64,000 nt of DNA, taken from NCBI GenBank assembly GCA_030390025.1, contig CM059432.1, positions 125,490,001-125,554,000 of the forward strand. Direction: 5' to 3'. Made by a program: the position numbers and the translations under genes. Below the pieces are notes generated by a model. That model worked only from the letters and a program-made list of their open reading frames with translations, had not been told where the DNA came from and did not search any database. The stretch comes from Squalus acanthias (Eukaryota). Below, in pieces: positions 23,933 to 37,552 of this stretch (the stretch's first letter is position 1; each line of letters begins with the position of its first letter).

Positions 23933-26872
23933 TGTGGCAGGGGGTTGGGAACCTGAGCAGGGAGACAGAGGAAAGCATGTCAGGAAGGGACAGAAGGTAT
24001 GGAGTAAAAGGTAAAGTGTTAAATAAGGAAAAAGCAGGAAGTAAGTGTCGCAAAACACATTTGAAAGTTCTTTATCTGAATGCACGTAGCATTCGTAACA
24101 AAATTGACGAGTTAACGGCACAAATAACTATGTATGGGTATGATCTTGTGGCCATTACAGAAACATGGCTGCAGGGTGACAACGTCTGGGAATTAAATAT
24201 GCCAGGGTATTTAACAATCAGGAAGGACAGGCAGGAAGGAAGGGGAGGGGGGGTGGCTATGTTAATAAAGGAAGGAATCACTGTAATACAGAGAAATGAT
24301 ATTGAGTCAAAAGATCAGGATAATGAAACAGTTTGGGTAGAGATAAGGAATAATAAGGGGAAAAAAACACTGGTGGGCGTAGTATATAGGCCTCCTAATA
24401 GTTGCAACGCTGTTGGAAGAAGTATTAATCAGGAAATAGTTGGGGCATGTAATAAGGGAACAGCTATAATTATGGGGGATTTTAACTATCATATTAACTG
24501 GACAAATCAAATTGGGCAGGGCAGCCTTGAGGAAGAGTTTATTGAGTGTCTTAGGGATAGATTTCTTGAGCAGTATGTAACTGATCCTACAAGGGGGCAA
24601 GCAACCTTGGACCTGGTACTGTGTAATGAGTCTGGATTAATTAATAATGTCCTAGTTAAGGATCCCCTTGGAATGAGTGACCATAACATGGTTGAATTCC
24701 ATATCCAATTAGAGGGTGAGAAGGTTGGTTCTCAAACAAGCATACTGAGCTTGAATAAAGGAGACTATGATGGCATGAGAGCAGAATTGATTAAAGTGGA
24801 CTGGGAAAATAGATTAAAGGGTAAGACGGTACATGAGCAGTGGTGTTCATTCAAGGAGTTATTTTACAACTTTCAAAATAAATATATTCCACTGAGGAAA
24901 AAAGGGTGTAAAAGAAATGACAGCCATCCATGGCTAAGTAAAGAAATTAAAGAAAGTATCCAACTAAAAACAAGGACATATAAGGTAGCCAAAGTTCGTG
25001 GGAGGATAGAAGATTGGGAAGCCTTCAAAAGACAACAAAAAGTAACTAAAGGATTGATTAAGAAAGGGAAAATAGACTATGAAAATAAATTAGCAAAAAA
25101 TATAAAAACAGATAGCAAGAGTTTCTATAGTTATATAAAAAGAAAAAGGGTGGTTAAGGCAAACGTAGGTCCCTTAGAGGATGAGACCGGGAAATTAATG
25201 GTGGGAAACATGGAGATGGCAAAAATGCTGAACAAATATTTTGTTTCAGTCTTTACGGTAGAGGACACTAAGAATATTCCAACACTGGACAAACAGGGGG
25301 CTCTAGGGGGGGGAGGCGCTAAATACGATTAAAATCACTAAGGAATTGGTACTCAGTAAAATAATGGGACTCAAGGCAGATAAATCCCCTGGACCTGATG
25401 GCTTACATCCTAGGGTCTTGAGGGAAGTGGCAGTAGGAATTGTGGATGCTTTGGTAATAATTTTCCAAAACTCCCTGAACTCAGCAAAGGTCCCGGCAGA
25501 TTGGAAAACTGCTAATGTAACACCCTTATTTAAAAAGGGTTGTAGGCAGAAGGCTGGAAATTATAGACCAGTTAGCCTAACATCTGTGGTGGGTAAAATT
25601 TTGGAGTCTATTATTAAGGAGACAGTAACGGAACATTTAGATAAACATAATTTAATAGGACAAAGTCAGCATGGCTTTATGAAGGGGAAGTCATGTCTGA
25701 CAAATTTGCTCGAGTTCTTTGAGGACATAACGTACAGGGTGGATAAAGGGGAACCAGTGGATGTAGTGTATTTAGACTTCCAGAAGGCATTCGACAAGGT
25801 GCCACATAAAAGATTATTACTCAAGATAAAAAATCACTGGATTGGGGGTAATATTCTGGCATGGGTGGAGGATTGGTTATCGAACAGGAAGCAGAGAGTT
25901 GGGATAAATGGTTCATTCTCGGACTGGCAACTAGTAGCCAGTGGTGTTCCGCAGGGGTCGGTGCTGGGTCCCCAACTCTTTACAATCTATATTAACGATT
26001 TGGAGGAGGGGACCGAGTGTAACATATCAAAGTTTGCAGATGATACAAAGATGGGAGGGAAAGTAGAGAGTGAGGAGGACATAAAAAACCTACAAGGGGA
26101 TATAGACAGGCTGGGTGAGTGGGCAGAGATTTGGCAGATGCAATACAATATTGGAAAATGTGAGGTTATGCACTTTGGCAGGAAAAATCAGAGAGAAAGT
26201 TATTATCTTAATGGCGAGAAACTGGAAAGTACTGCAGTACAAAGGGATCTGGGGGTCTTGGTGCAAGAAAATCAAAAAGTTAGTATGCAGGTGCAGCAGG
26301 TGATCAAGAAAGCCAATGGAATGTTGGCTTTTATTGCTAGGGGGATAGAATATAAAAACAGGGAGGTATTGCTGCAGTTGTATAGGGTATTGGTGAGACC
26401 GCACCTGGAGTACTGCATACAGTTTTGGTGTCCATACTTAAGAAAAGACATACTTGCTCTCGAGGCAGTACAAAGAAGGTTCACTCGGTTAATTCCGGGG
26501 ATGAGGAGGTGGACATACGAGGAGAGGTTGAGTAGATTGGGACTCTACTCATTGGAGTTCAGAAGAATGAGAGGCGATCTTATTGAAACATATAAGATTG
26601 TGAAGGGGCTTGATCGGGTGGACGCGGTGAGGATGTTCCCAATGATGGGTGAAACTAGAACTAGGGGACATAATCTTAGAATAAGGGGCTGCTCTTTCAA
26701 AACTGAGATGAGGAGAAACTTTTTCACTCAGAGGGTAGTGGGTCTGTGGAATTTGCTACCCCAGGAAGCTGTGGAAGCTACTTCATTAAATAAATTTAAA
26801 ACAGAAATAGACCGTTTCCTAGAAGTAAAGGGAATCAGGGGTTACGGGGAGCGGGCTGGAAATTGGACATGA
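23932..26872 (+). CDS. CR1 ORF2p: APE endonuclease + reverse transcriptase (frameshift at the G8 run, about 25306-25313)
   Basis: ETWL, GDFN, SDH; QHGF, YLDFQKAFD, GVPQGSVLGP, FADD in ORFs 23932-25332 and 25346-26872. Confidence 0.95.
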
Positions 26873-27587
26873 GTTTGAGTTCAGATCGGTCAAGGCCCTG
26901 TGGGTGGCGGAGCGGGCCCAGGGGCCGAGTGGCCTGGTCCTGCTCCTACTTCTTGTGTTCTTTAGAGTTGAGGTTGGATCAGATCAGCCATGATCTCATT
27001 GAATGGCGGAGCAGGCTCGAGGGGCCGATTGGTCTACTCCTGCTCCTATTTCTTATGTTCTTATGTAAGCCTAGATAGTGGGTGTTGAAAAACTGTTTGA
27101 ATATGGGGCCATCCTAATCCTGCAAATGTTCATATATGCCCACTTTCCAACAGGGATTATTGGGCACTGATCAGGAGCAGAAATCCATTCCCCCCCCCCA
27201 CTAGCCTAGAATATTGGGCCAACTATAATGTAATTTTTGGCATCAACAGCACTAATGCTCCCAGCTATCGACACACCCTGTGCATCAGTTTGTTTTTAAA
27301 AATCACACCCGGTGTATCAATTTGTTTTTATGGAAGATGATAAGAACCACCTAACATCTCGCCGATCCCTAATCTTGTGTAGTTTAAATGCATCAATGTG
27401 GACGCCAGTTGTACGAGACCCACTGGTCAAAGATCAAGGCACCTCTAGTCTTGAAAGGCAATGACTACAACAGCAATAACCTATACAAGCACATCCTGTC
27501 TGGAAAGCTACATCATAAATTAGTATTGTGCAACAAGAAATTCTTGTTTAAAACTAGTCAGAACTGGAAGACATAGCACTTAACTAG

Positions 27588-27990
27588 ATCAGCCATGGCT
27601 CAATGGTAGCACTCTCACCCGAGTCAGAGCATTGTGGGTTCAGGTCCCACTCCAAAGTCTTGCGCACCGAATCTAGGCCGACACTCCCAGCACAGTACTG
27701 AGGGATGCTGCACTGTTGGAGGTGCCGTCTTCATATTAGACATTAAACCGAAGCACCGTATACCCCCTCAGGTGGACATCAAAGATCCCAGGGCATTATC
27801 CCTCAACCAACACCATCAAAACAGATTATCTGGTCATTATCTCAATGCTGTTTGTGGGAGCTTGCTGCGTGCAAATTGGTTGCCACGTTTCCTACATTAC
27901 AACAGTGACTACACTTCAAAAGTAAAGCGGTTTGGGACGTCCCGAGGTCGTGAAAGGCGCTATAGAAATGCAAGTATTTCTTTCTTTTTT
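27588..27990 (+). mobile_element. Deu-domain SINE (plus orientation, internally deleted)
   Basis: tggctcaatgg A box, gggttcaggtcc B box, tail aaggcgctatagaaatgcaag. Confidence 0.85.
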
Positions 27991-30229
27991 CGCAGATGAA
28001 CCCAACAGCTGCCTGCAAACCTTCTGGACACCTCTCGTGCAGTGCTAGACATGCATTACCAAAACAGATCATGGCTAACTGTGGAGGTCCTCAGGATCTG
28101 ACCAACCTCAGCATGCACTTCTCCAAGAATTGTAAAACAAGGAAGGGTAAACTAACTCCAAAACTACAGACTGCCACTGTTCCACTGGGAACAAAGAGCA
28201 GAGAGTGGCTGAGTGCAAACAACCATGCAGTTACAGAGCTTGATCCAAGTTAAGAAAAAAAAAAAATCACAGTTTTGACCTTTTCTGGACAAACAGCTAG
28301 ATTTAATTCTGAACTTCTAAATATTTTTGCTTTAAATTAGAAAACTGACCCTTGTGGAATTTGGAGTGCAAATTAAACACAAATGAATATTCCAAGTGTA
28401 ATTTAAAATCAGCATTGGCTAAATTAAGAGCATATCAATTTACAGTTCACAACATCTACTCTACAAGATATCAGCACTGTAATATACTGGTGAAATGAAA
28501 ACTTAGCAGGAACATCAGGCTACCTGATGGCTCAGATGGTTACAGCAGTAAGAGCGGAGTCACACAGACCAGTGCTACAATTGGTCTCAACACCCCTAAG
28601 TGGAGGAAAGGAAAAATTTGCCAAGATTGCTGGCCGGATAGTTATCCAGCAACTCCTACCAGAAGTGTGCATGTGTAGAAATAGGTGAGGATAGGATTAG
28701 AGTTGGCCATGAGGCCTCCCTTCAGGCCAACATTCACGCCATCAACTCACACATAAAGAATGGCCACTTGGGCGAAGTATCTATGGAGCTGCAGTCCAGT
28801 GAGGAGTCAATGCCTTCAGAAGAGAAGGGGAGATCATTGACAGAAAAAGGATGGGAGGAAAAACTTGCTGTCACTCCCTAACCCCCATCATCAGTGGAAA
28901 AATGCAGCTCAGGGTATGGTAATAAACCACAGAGGTCAGGAAGGTCCCAAATTTGATCTGTGCTAAAATACCTCATCTCAACTAGGGAAACAGTCGGGGT
29001 ACTACAATCGGCCTCAGTGAGCCTGGGTGGAGACATCAGACAGGGTCCCCACTCCTGATCAATATTCAGTGATTCCTGCTGAAAAGCACACATTGCGTGG
29101 ACACAGAGTAAGGACAGGATCAGGCTGTGACGCCACCTACGATCACTGGCCGACTAGCACTCACTGTCTAGGTCACAAATACAAACATACAAAATTGACG
29201 GGCAGGAAATGACAAGCAGGTCCATCAAGCCTGCCTCAAATGAAGACTAACCACTTGGACAAGGTGCAAGACCGACCGAGGAACCATACTTCAGCATAAG
29301 CTACTGCCCTCGAGAGAAGCGAACAAAATGATTCAAGAAAGCTGCTTTGTATAAATTCAGCTGTATGCTTAAAGGGAGTGCCACAGGAAGGCTCATAAAA
29401 ATTACATTCATGAATCTTGCCTGAAACTATAGCATAAAATGCATTATAAACCCATCCTCTAGATAAAGGTTATCTCATGTTTATTATTCCAATATCCACC
29501 TACATATTCGGACAGTCTCAGTTATCCTCCATTAGGCATGCTGACTTTTGGAGCGTCAATGTGCCTGCTGCCATTTCCAGAGCTTCACCTGTTTCAGCAC
29601 CGAGTTGTTTGAAAAGTATGGAAGCACGGGCCTTAGGGAGAGATCTATATTGCTGAAATAACATGTTATTGGGCATCGGCATTGAAATAGGAGCGTCCAG
29701 GAATATGCATCAGACATTAGCATTGGTAGATCACCTTGCACACTGGGGAGGGGAAGATCAAAAATACCAACATACCAGCGAGCGAATAGCTGCAGGCATC
29801 CAGATGAATTAAATAAGAGAGATCAAATACTTACAGCAGGTGGAATTACACTGCATTTTACATGACATCTTGTGCCAATTTCTGAGAGCCAAACAACACA
29901 ATTGTGAGCCTGCTCTGCAATATTCCTTTGCATTCTACATTAAATAAACCCCTCTAGTGTGCAAATATATATACATTTCAATAAAACGCAATCCATCAGC
30001 TCTCAAGACAAAAACTCTGCTTTGCCACATTCGTCACCTCCCTCAGACCCCTCTGCAAAACTGAGAGTTTATTAATGTTTGTGTTACTTTGTAGTATTAC
30101 CATCTGCCTTCAAATATTCCCTTTAATGGCTCAGCAGAGAAGTTAAAGGTTTCCCTCCTCCTACAATCTTCACTCCTTTAAAACACACACTTGGGTTCAT
30201 CATCTAAATCACAACTTCCTGATTTACTG

Positions 30230-30600
30230 CAACAACAATAACTTGCATTTATGTAGGGATTAAAACGTCCCAAGGTGCTTCACAGGAGCGTTATCAAACA
30301 AAATTTGACACCGAGCCACATAAGGAGATATTAGAACATATGACCAAAAGCTCGGTCAAAGAGGTAGGTTTTTAAGGAGCATCTTAAAGGAGAAGAGAGG
30401 TAAAAAGGCAGAGAGGTTTAGAGAAGGAATTCCAGAGCTTAGGGCCTCGGCAGCTGAAGGCGCGGCCGCCAATGGTGGAGCGATTAAAATCGGGGATGTT
30501 CAAGAGGCCAGAATTGGAGGAGCGCAGAGATCTCAGAGGGTTGTGGGGCTGGAGAAGGTTAGAGATAGGGAGGGGCGAAGCCATGGAGGTATTTGAAAAA
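30230..30600 (-). mobile_element. L2 3' fragment
   Basis: Matches 8381-8760. Confidence 0.88.
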
Positions 30601-31266
30601 AAAAGAGGATGCATCCTTTCAATTTTGGTGGGATCATTGGCACTTCAGCTTTGGTTTGTCAATTTTTTTAAAAACTTAGGGAATTTGTTGTATTCAATAG
30701 AAAGCTTACATTAATTGCATTTTTCCAACTCTTCCTCTTATCCTCAAGAATAGGGACACACATTGATAAACACGCAGTCTGGCACTGCACCAAGAGCAGC
30801 AGAATTTGCAACTCTCGTTTCCCAACACACATAACCTGCAGCAGGACAACTGTGGTAATGTCGCTCAGACAAGTAAGTGACTTATGTCTGCAAACAAAGG
30901 GATATTATTAAATCACTGACAATTCCAGTCAACAACATTCCAGACACTTGGCATTAGTTTATTGTTACAATACAGGAGTGTTACTGGCACACTGATGGTT
31001 GCACACAAATCTAATTAGTAATATGAAGGGCTTTCAAATTCAAAAATGCAGAGTAAAGGTGCCTGCAAATGACTGGATATTGTGTGAATTAGTGCATACC
31101 GTTTTAAAAATTAAAGAGCAGCTATTGTAGCAAACCTTCATTTCCAGTTATTGAGGGTACTTACCATGTCATTACACTGCAGAATTTTACAGCAAGGCAT
31201 TAAATAAACGCAAGTTCTTTATTAAAATGGTGGTGGTGGTGTTGTTGTTCTCTGCTCATTGCCAGA

Positions 31267-32995
31267 ACAACAACAACTTGCATTTATATAGCGCCTTTAA
31301 CATAGTAAAACCTCCCAAGGCTCTTCACAGGAGCGTTATCAAACAAAATTTGACACCGAGCCAAATAAGGAGATTTTAGGGCGGACTTGGTCAAATAGGT
31401 AGGCTTTAAGGAGCATCTTAAAGCAGGAAAGAGAGGTAGAAAGACGGAGAGGTTCAGGGAGGGAATTCCAGAGCTTAGGGTCTAGGCAGCTGAAGGCACA
31501 GCCGCCAATGGTGGAGCGATAAAAATCGAGCATTCCAGAGGCCAGAATTAGAGGAGTGCAGATATCTCGGAGGGTTTTAGGGCTGGAGGAGGTTACAAAG
31601 ATAGGGAGGGCCAAGGTCATGGACGGATTTGAAAACAAGGATGAGAATTTTAAAATTGAGGCGTTGCTTAACCGGGAGCCAATGTAGGTCAGCGAGCACA
31701 GGGGTGATGGGTGAACGGGATTTGGTGCGAGTTAGGATACGGGCAGCAGAGTTTTGGATGAGCTCAAGTTTGTGGAAGATGGGAGGCCAGCCAGGAGTGC
31801 GTTGGAATAGTCAAGTCTAGAGGTAACAAAGGCATGGATGAGGGTTTCAGCAGATGAGTTGAGGAGGGGCGGAGTCAGGCAATGTTATGGAGGTGGAAAT
31901 AGGTTGTCTTAGCGGTGGCTATGTGGTCGGAAGCTAATTTGGGGTCAACTATGACACCAAGTTTACGAACAGTCTGGTTCAGCCTCAGACAGTTGCCAGG
32001 GAGAGGGATGGAGTCGGTGGCCAGAGAACAGAGTTTGTGGTGGGGATCGAAGACAATGGCTTCGGTCTTCCCAATATTTAGTTGGAGGTCATTTCTGCTC
32101 ACCCAGTACTGGATATCTGACAAACAGTCTGACAATTTAGAGACAGTGGAGTGGTCGAGAGAGGTGGTGGTGAGGTAGAGCTGGGTGTCGTCAGCGTACA
32201 TGTGGAAACTGACACTGTTTTCCGATAATGTCACCGAGAGGCAGCAACAACAACAACTTGTATTTATATAGCACCTTTAACATAGTAAAACATCCCAAGG
32301 CGCTTCAGAGGAGTGTTATATACACCGAGCCACACAAGGAGAAATTAGGGCAGAAGACCAAAGGTTGGTCAAAGAGGTAGGTTTTAAGGAGCGACTTAAA
32401 GGAGGAGAGAGGTGTAGAGAAGCGGAGAGGTTTAGGGAGGGAATTCCAGAGCTTAGGGCCTTGGCAGCTGAAGGCACGGCCACCGATGGTTGAGTGATTA
32501 TAATCAGGGATTCTCAAGATGGCAGAATTAGAGGAGCGCAGATATCTCGGGGGAGCGGGGGGGGGGGGGGGGGTTGTGGGGCTGGAGGAGATTACAGAGA
32601 TAGGGAGGGACGTGGCCATGGAGGGATTTGAAAACAAGGATGAGAATTTTAAAATTGAGGCGTTGCTTAACCGGGAGCCAAGGTAGGTCAGCGAGCACAG
32701 GGGTGATGGGTGAACGGGACTTGGCGTGAGTTAGGATACGGGCAGCAGAGTTTTGGATGATCTCAAGTTTATGTAGGGTGGAATGTGGGAGGCCAGCCAG
32801 GAGTGGGCTGAAATAGTCAAGTCTAGAGGCAACAAAGGCATGGCAGCAGATGAGCTGAGGCAGGGGTGGAGACGGGCAACGTTACGGAGGTGGACATAGA
32901 CGGTCTTAGTGATGGCGCGGATATGTGGTCGGAAGCTCATTTCAGGGTCAAATATGACACCAAGGTTGCAAACAGTCTGGTTCAGCCTCAGACAG
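31267..32995 (-). mobile_element. Two tandem 5'-truncated L2 copies (31267-32243, 32244-32995)
   Basis: Each begins with a (caa)n tail on the plus strand; FHMYADDTQLY in ORF 31875-32234. Confidence 0.9.
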
Positions 32996-33692
32996 AACAG
33001 CTATACAATATTGTACTACAACCATGTCCTTAATTCTACAGTCAAATACACAACCTTGTTTGAAAATTCCATGACTGATATAATGATATGTACAATCCCA
33101 TTGCATAGACCCTATGTCTGCCCCACAGAACTGACTCAAATTCTGGGCAGAGTGCAGAGTGTTGCATTCAATCTCAGCTCAAAAATACAGCTTTACATCA
33201 AATACACAGCTAACAATCATTGACCAAAACTCTGCTGAGGTAAACACCCTTCATTATTAGTCAGTGTAATGTCTAACAACTAATATGTCAGCACTATTCA
33301 TCATCAGTCACTTGCATGAAGAGAGATGTTTGTTTTATGACTAATTCATTTACTTTTATTATCTGATTTAAAATAATCTGGCATGCACTGATGCATCACA
33401 ATATTTTGCAATTTTAATCTGTAGCCCAGAAAAATGAGGCAACAATTTAGTCATCATTAAACTAGCATTCCCATGGCAATTTTTAAAAATTACTTTATAT
33501 TTGCTACTTTGAGAGGGGTATTATCACCTCAATAAAGGCATTGGGGGGTAGGTTCAATTCCAGGAACAGATGGCTCATTAAACTGTACCATAGCGTTTGC
33601 TACAAAAGTGCTTTTTTTTTTAAACTTTGTTTTTCTGGGGGTATATTGGTTTGTTCTTTTTCTTATAGTAATTCTTTCCCTTTTCACCATCC

Positions 33693-34468
33693 TAAAAGAA
33701 CTTGCATTTATATCGCACCTTTAACCACTTCAGGACGATTCAAAGCATTTTACAGCCAATTAAGTGGAGCAGAGAAGGTTAAGTGGAGATTTAATTGAGG
33801 TGTTCAAAATTATGAAGGGTTTTGCTGGAGTAAATAAGGAGAAACTGTTTCCAGTGGCAGAAGGGCCGGTAACCAAAGGGCATCAATTTAAAGTAACTGG
33901 CAAATGATGATGATCTGGAATGCACTGCCTGAACAGATGGTAGAAGCAGATTCAATAATAACTTTCAAAAGGGAATTGGATAAATACTTAAAGGGGGAAA
34001 AAATTGCAGGGCTATGGGGAAAGGGCAGGGACATGGGTCTAATTGGATAGCTCTTTCAATGAGCCGGCACAGACACGATGGCCAAATGGCCTCCCTTTGT
34101 GCTGAAACATTCTATGATACCAAGTACTTTTGAAGTGTAGTCCCTGTTGTAATGTAGGAAACACAGCAGCCAATTTATACACAGCAAAGTCCCACAAACA
34201 GCAATGAGATAAATGACCAGACAGTCTGTTTGAGTGATGTTGGTTGGGGATAAATATTGTCCAGGACACCGGGGTGAACTACCCTGCTCTTCTTCGAATA
34301 GTGTCTATTATGTCCACCTGAGAGGGCAGCACCTCCGACAGTGCAGCACTCCCTCAGCACTGCACTGGAGTCTCAGCCTAGATTATGTGCTCAAGTCGCT
34401 GGAGTAGGACTTGAACCCACAACCTTCTGACTCAGAGGAGTGCTGCCGACTGAGCCAAGGTTGACACC
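33693..34468 (-). mobile_element. Deu-SINE interrupted by a plus-strand CR1 3' fragment (about 33765-34120)
   Basis: SINE tail 33693-33762 resumes at aagtacttttgaagtgtag (34122); the insert carries a CR1 3'UTR. Confidence 0.8.
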
Positions 34469-35257
34469 TAAAGTCAACAGGGTGGGCTTACAACCTGCTC
34501 CCAAAGTTGCCCATTATACTTAGATGCCAGAAGGCATCAGGGGGTCATCCAGATGGGATCGTCCACTGTAGCCTTCACTTGGTTCCTTCGATCCAACACA
34601 GCACAGGTTGGGAACTCCGTAGAACAGGAGTAAATTTGGATCCTTTGTGACATCTTATATTAAGTGTATTAACACTCAGTACCACTGAAAACAAAACTAT
34701 ACTGAAACAGTTTCTAGTAAAAAGTGACAGACATGATGGTTAATATGACCTGTGTAGTGGCCCAATTTAAAAAAAACACAAAGGCTGAAAAACAAGCTCT
34801 CCTACTTGCAAGCTTAGATCCTAATGTCCCTTTAGTCAAGGAGTAGAAGTTATTTGTTTTCCAGTTTTATAAACAACGATGGAGAGAAATGGATAAATGC
34901 CCCATATATGTAGTAACTGGACAAGAACAAGAGTCAAGGGTAGCCATACTCTTTGTGCACTTGGCAACCTGATTATTATACACCTTTCCTTCAGATTTTA
35001 ATTTGTGAAACACTTTCAAAGCACCGTACAGTTCATAGATCTGGAGCCAGGATGAAGGGGGTCAGTCACCTTTAGCTTTTATAAGCAAAAGTTCAATATC
35101 CATCATTCAGCCAGCTACACATTAAAGAACACCAATTAGAAATGTTGGTCTCATTTTAAGAACAAAATTGAATTGATCTCAATACCATCTCTCCAACGTG
35201 AACTAACTGAAATCTCACCCATCCTTGAAGTAGACATATATGGACACAATTCCTTAC

Positions 35258-35332
35258 CTTTTCATCCCACCTGTGCAGCTGGCTGTACCTCAGTTTACAG
35301 AAGAGAAATCCCTCCAGGTGAATACCGTAAAT
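35258..35332 (-). CDS. SNX31: SNX31 coding exon 2 (IYGIHLEGFLFCKLRYSQLHRWDEK), PX domain RYSQL motif
   Basis: Pyrimidine tract gtttttcctctcttttgtgtgcgtcag|, 75 nt, donor AAG|gtaagg. HLEGFLFC..RYSQLH.W matches SNX31 (HLDGFLFCRVRYSQLHGW) better than SNX17 (HVNGVLHC). Confidence 0.95.
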
Positions 35333-35459
35333 CTGACGCACACAAAAGAGAGGAAAAACAGACGCCTTTAGTGAGTGAATGAACATTTCAGTGAGAAATC
35401 AAACCAGAAGCAAAGACCCGCCGAGTGTTTTATTTTGGAAAGTGAGAAGCTGCATTTAC

Positions 35460-35519
35460 CACATAGGGCGCTCCCAGAGAGTCGCTCCCTTGCTCAGTCT
35501 GACCGATGGTGAACTGCAT
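35460..35519 (-). CDS. SNX31: SNX31 coding exon 1 (MQFTIGQTEQGSDSLGAPYV), start of PX domain
   Basis: ATG at 35519-35517, 60 nt, donor GTG|gtaaat. Aligns by eye with the SNX31 N-terminus as I recall it (MHFCIPVSQQRSDALGGRYV). Lies in a CpG-enriched segment. Confidence 0.9.
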
Positions 35520-35900
35520 CTCGCCGCTGGACCCCTACACCGGGGCAAAGGACACCGTTTCACCGGGAACTGAACAGAAGGCACGCTTGTAGTTTGGGTG
35601 CTGCCGGGCTCCAGGGAGCTTTAGACGGTGTGAGGGGCGGAGATTTCTCAGACGGAGGATGAGCCGACTGGCGGAATTCACCGCTGCAAATACCAGAGCT
35701 TCTTCAGATACCAGACGGGCTCAAATTACACCCTGGCAGGACTTGTTTCTTGCACCATACGGCAGGCGCTTTCCCCCCCACCCTCCAAAAAAATCCTTCC
35801 CGGGGGGGACAAAACCCATTTCAATGTTTTAAAAACAAATCAAACAGGATTGCTTCTGCTTCACAACTCGCTGCTGCCCGAAGGCTGGGCAAGCTGAAGC
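35520..35900 (-). promoter_or_regulatory. Probable SNX31 5'UTR/proximal promoter
   Basis: Unique CpG-enriched sequence immediately upstream of the ATG, with a GC box (gaggggcggag) near 35631. TSS cannot be placed from sequence. Confidence 0.55.
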
Positions 35901-36559
35901 AGCAGGTGGGGGAGGGCTGTCTAACTACACTTCCTCCCATCGTTTGAGACGGGACATCTACCAAATGCCTTGTCCAACCTTACCCGTAAAGGGACCATCA
36001 ACCCAAATAAAAGAAATCTAACAAAAGTGCCCCCTTTTTTAGAGGGGCACCAACAATAAACCCCCAAAGCAAAAGGAAACAAATGAAATCATAGTATTAT
36101 TTCCTATATCTCCAGTCCCTGCACCGACAACAACAACTTGCATTTATAGAGCGCCTTCAACATAGTAAAACGTCCCAAGGGGCTTCACAGGAGCGATTGT
36201 CAAACAAAATCTACCAAATGTTACTCATCAGGAGTGACAATCGCTCATTTTGGTTTTAATGTGACTTCTCCGATCATTGCTGGTGCATCTCCAGCACTGA
36301 CTTCTCGTCCCACCCCCACACTGTTAGCTCCAGAGTCCCTCAAGCATTTACCCTTAGCCAATGTTCCTCGTCATTTTTCTGTTCCGGACCGAGCGGCCCC
36401 TTTAAGGGGCTGCGCGGCACACTCAAAATGTCCGCGCATGTGCATTTTTTTTTCCAATTTAAAAGCCGGCTCACCGGCTGCGCGGGATCCCTGGAGCTTA
36501 AAGGGAACGTTGCCTTTGGCGCCCCCCCCCACCCCCCCACCCACCCTCTACCTCAACTG

Positions 36560-37552
36560 CATGCTGCTCCTTGGCGACATCATCCGTAGACATGGCGTTA
36601 GCTTCCACATGCTTGCTGATGACACCCAGCTCTACCTTTCCACCATCTGTCTCAACCCATCCACTGCCTGTGTTGTCTTGTCCGACATCCAGTCTTGATT
36701 GAGCCGCAATTTCCTCCAGTTAAACATTGGGAAGACTCAAGCCATTGTCTTTGGCCCCTGCCACAAACCCAGTACCCTTGCCACCAATTCCACCCCCTAA
36801 TCCCCACCCCAGCCACTCAGGCAGAACTAGACTGTTCACAAAAATGGGGTTCTATTCAACCCGAGTTGAGATTTAAACCCCATATCCTTTCCACACAAAG
36901 ACCGCCTACTTCCACTTCCAGAGCATCACCTGCCTCTGCTGAAACCCTCATCCATGCCTTTGTCACCTCCAGACCTGACTATTCCAGTGCACTTCTGCCC
37001 GGCCTCACATCCTCCACTGTCTGTAACCGTCAACTCATCCAAAGCTCCATATCCACCAAATTCCGCTCACACATCGCCCCTGACCTCACTGACGTACAGT
37101 GGCTTCTGGTCCCCCAACACCTCAAATTTATCATTCTCATCCTTGTATTTAAATCCCTTCATGGCCTTGACCCCCCCCCCCCCCACCCCGCCTCCTCCAT
37201 ATCTTTATGACCTCCTCCAGCCCTATAACACTCCACCCAACTCTCCATTCCTCTGATTCTGCCTCTTATGCTTCCCCCACACCCCCACCACCATCTTCAT
37301 CCCAACATTAGCAGCCATGCCTTCAACTGCATTGGTTGCATACCAGGGATTCCTGCCCTAAACCCTTCTGCTTCTTCACCTCCTTCTCCTCCTTTAAGAC
37401 CCTTTTAAAACCCATCTCTTTGACCAAGCTTTTGGCCACCCCCTCCTCATTGCTCCTTCTTTGGTTTGGCATTCAATTTTTCTTTACACCTCCGTAAAGC
37501 ACCTTGTGACATTTTTTTCTACATTAATGGTGCTGTATAAATGTCAGTTGTT
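36560..37552 (+). mobile_element. Degraded L2 3' portion (an opposite-strand L2 tail lies at 36127-36210)
   Basis: FHMLADDTQLYL and AETLIHAFVTSR motifs. Confidence 0.85.

Larger units (their letters stand above)
22101..27066 (+). mobile_element. Full-length, young CR1 LINE (5' tandem monomers, ORF1, ORF2, duplicated 3' end)
   Basis: ORF1 and ORF2 each broken by only one apparent single-base frameshift; ends ttcttatgttcttatg. Confidence 0.95.

Noticed and set aside
29839..29885. Minus-strand exon candidate with gtaagt donor
   Set aside because: Possible lengths are not multiples of three, and there is no protein similarity.
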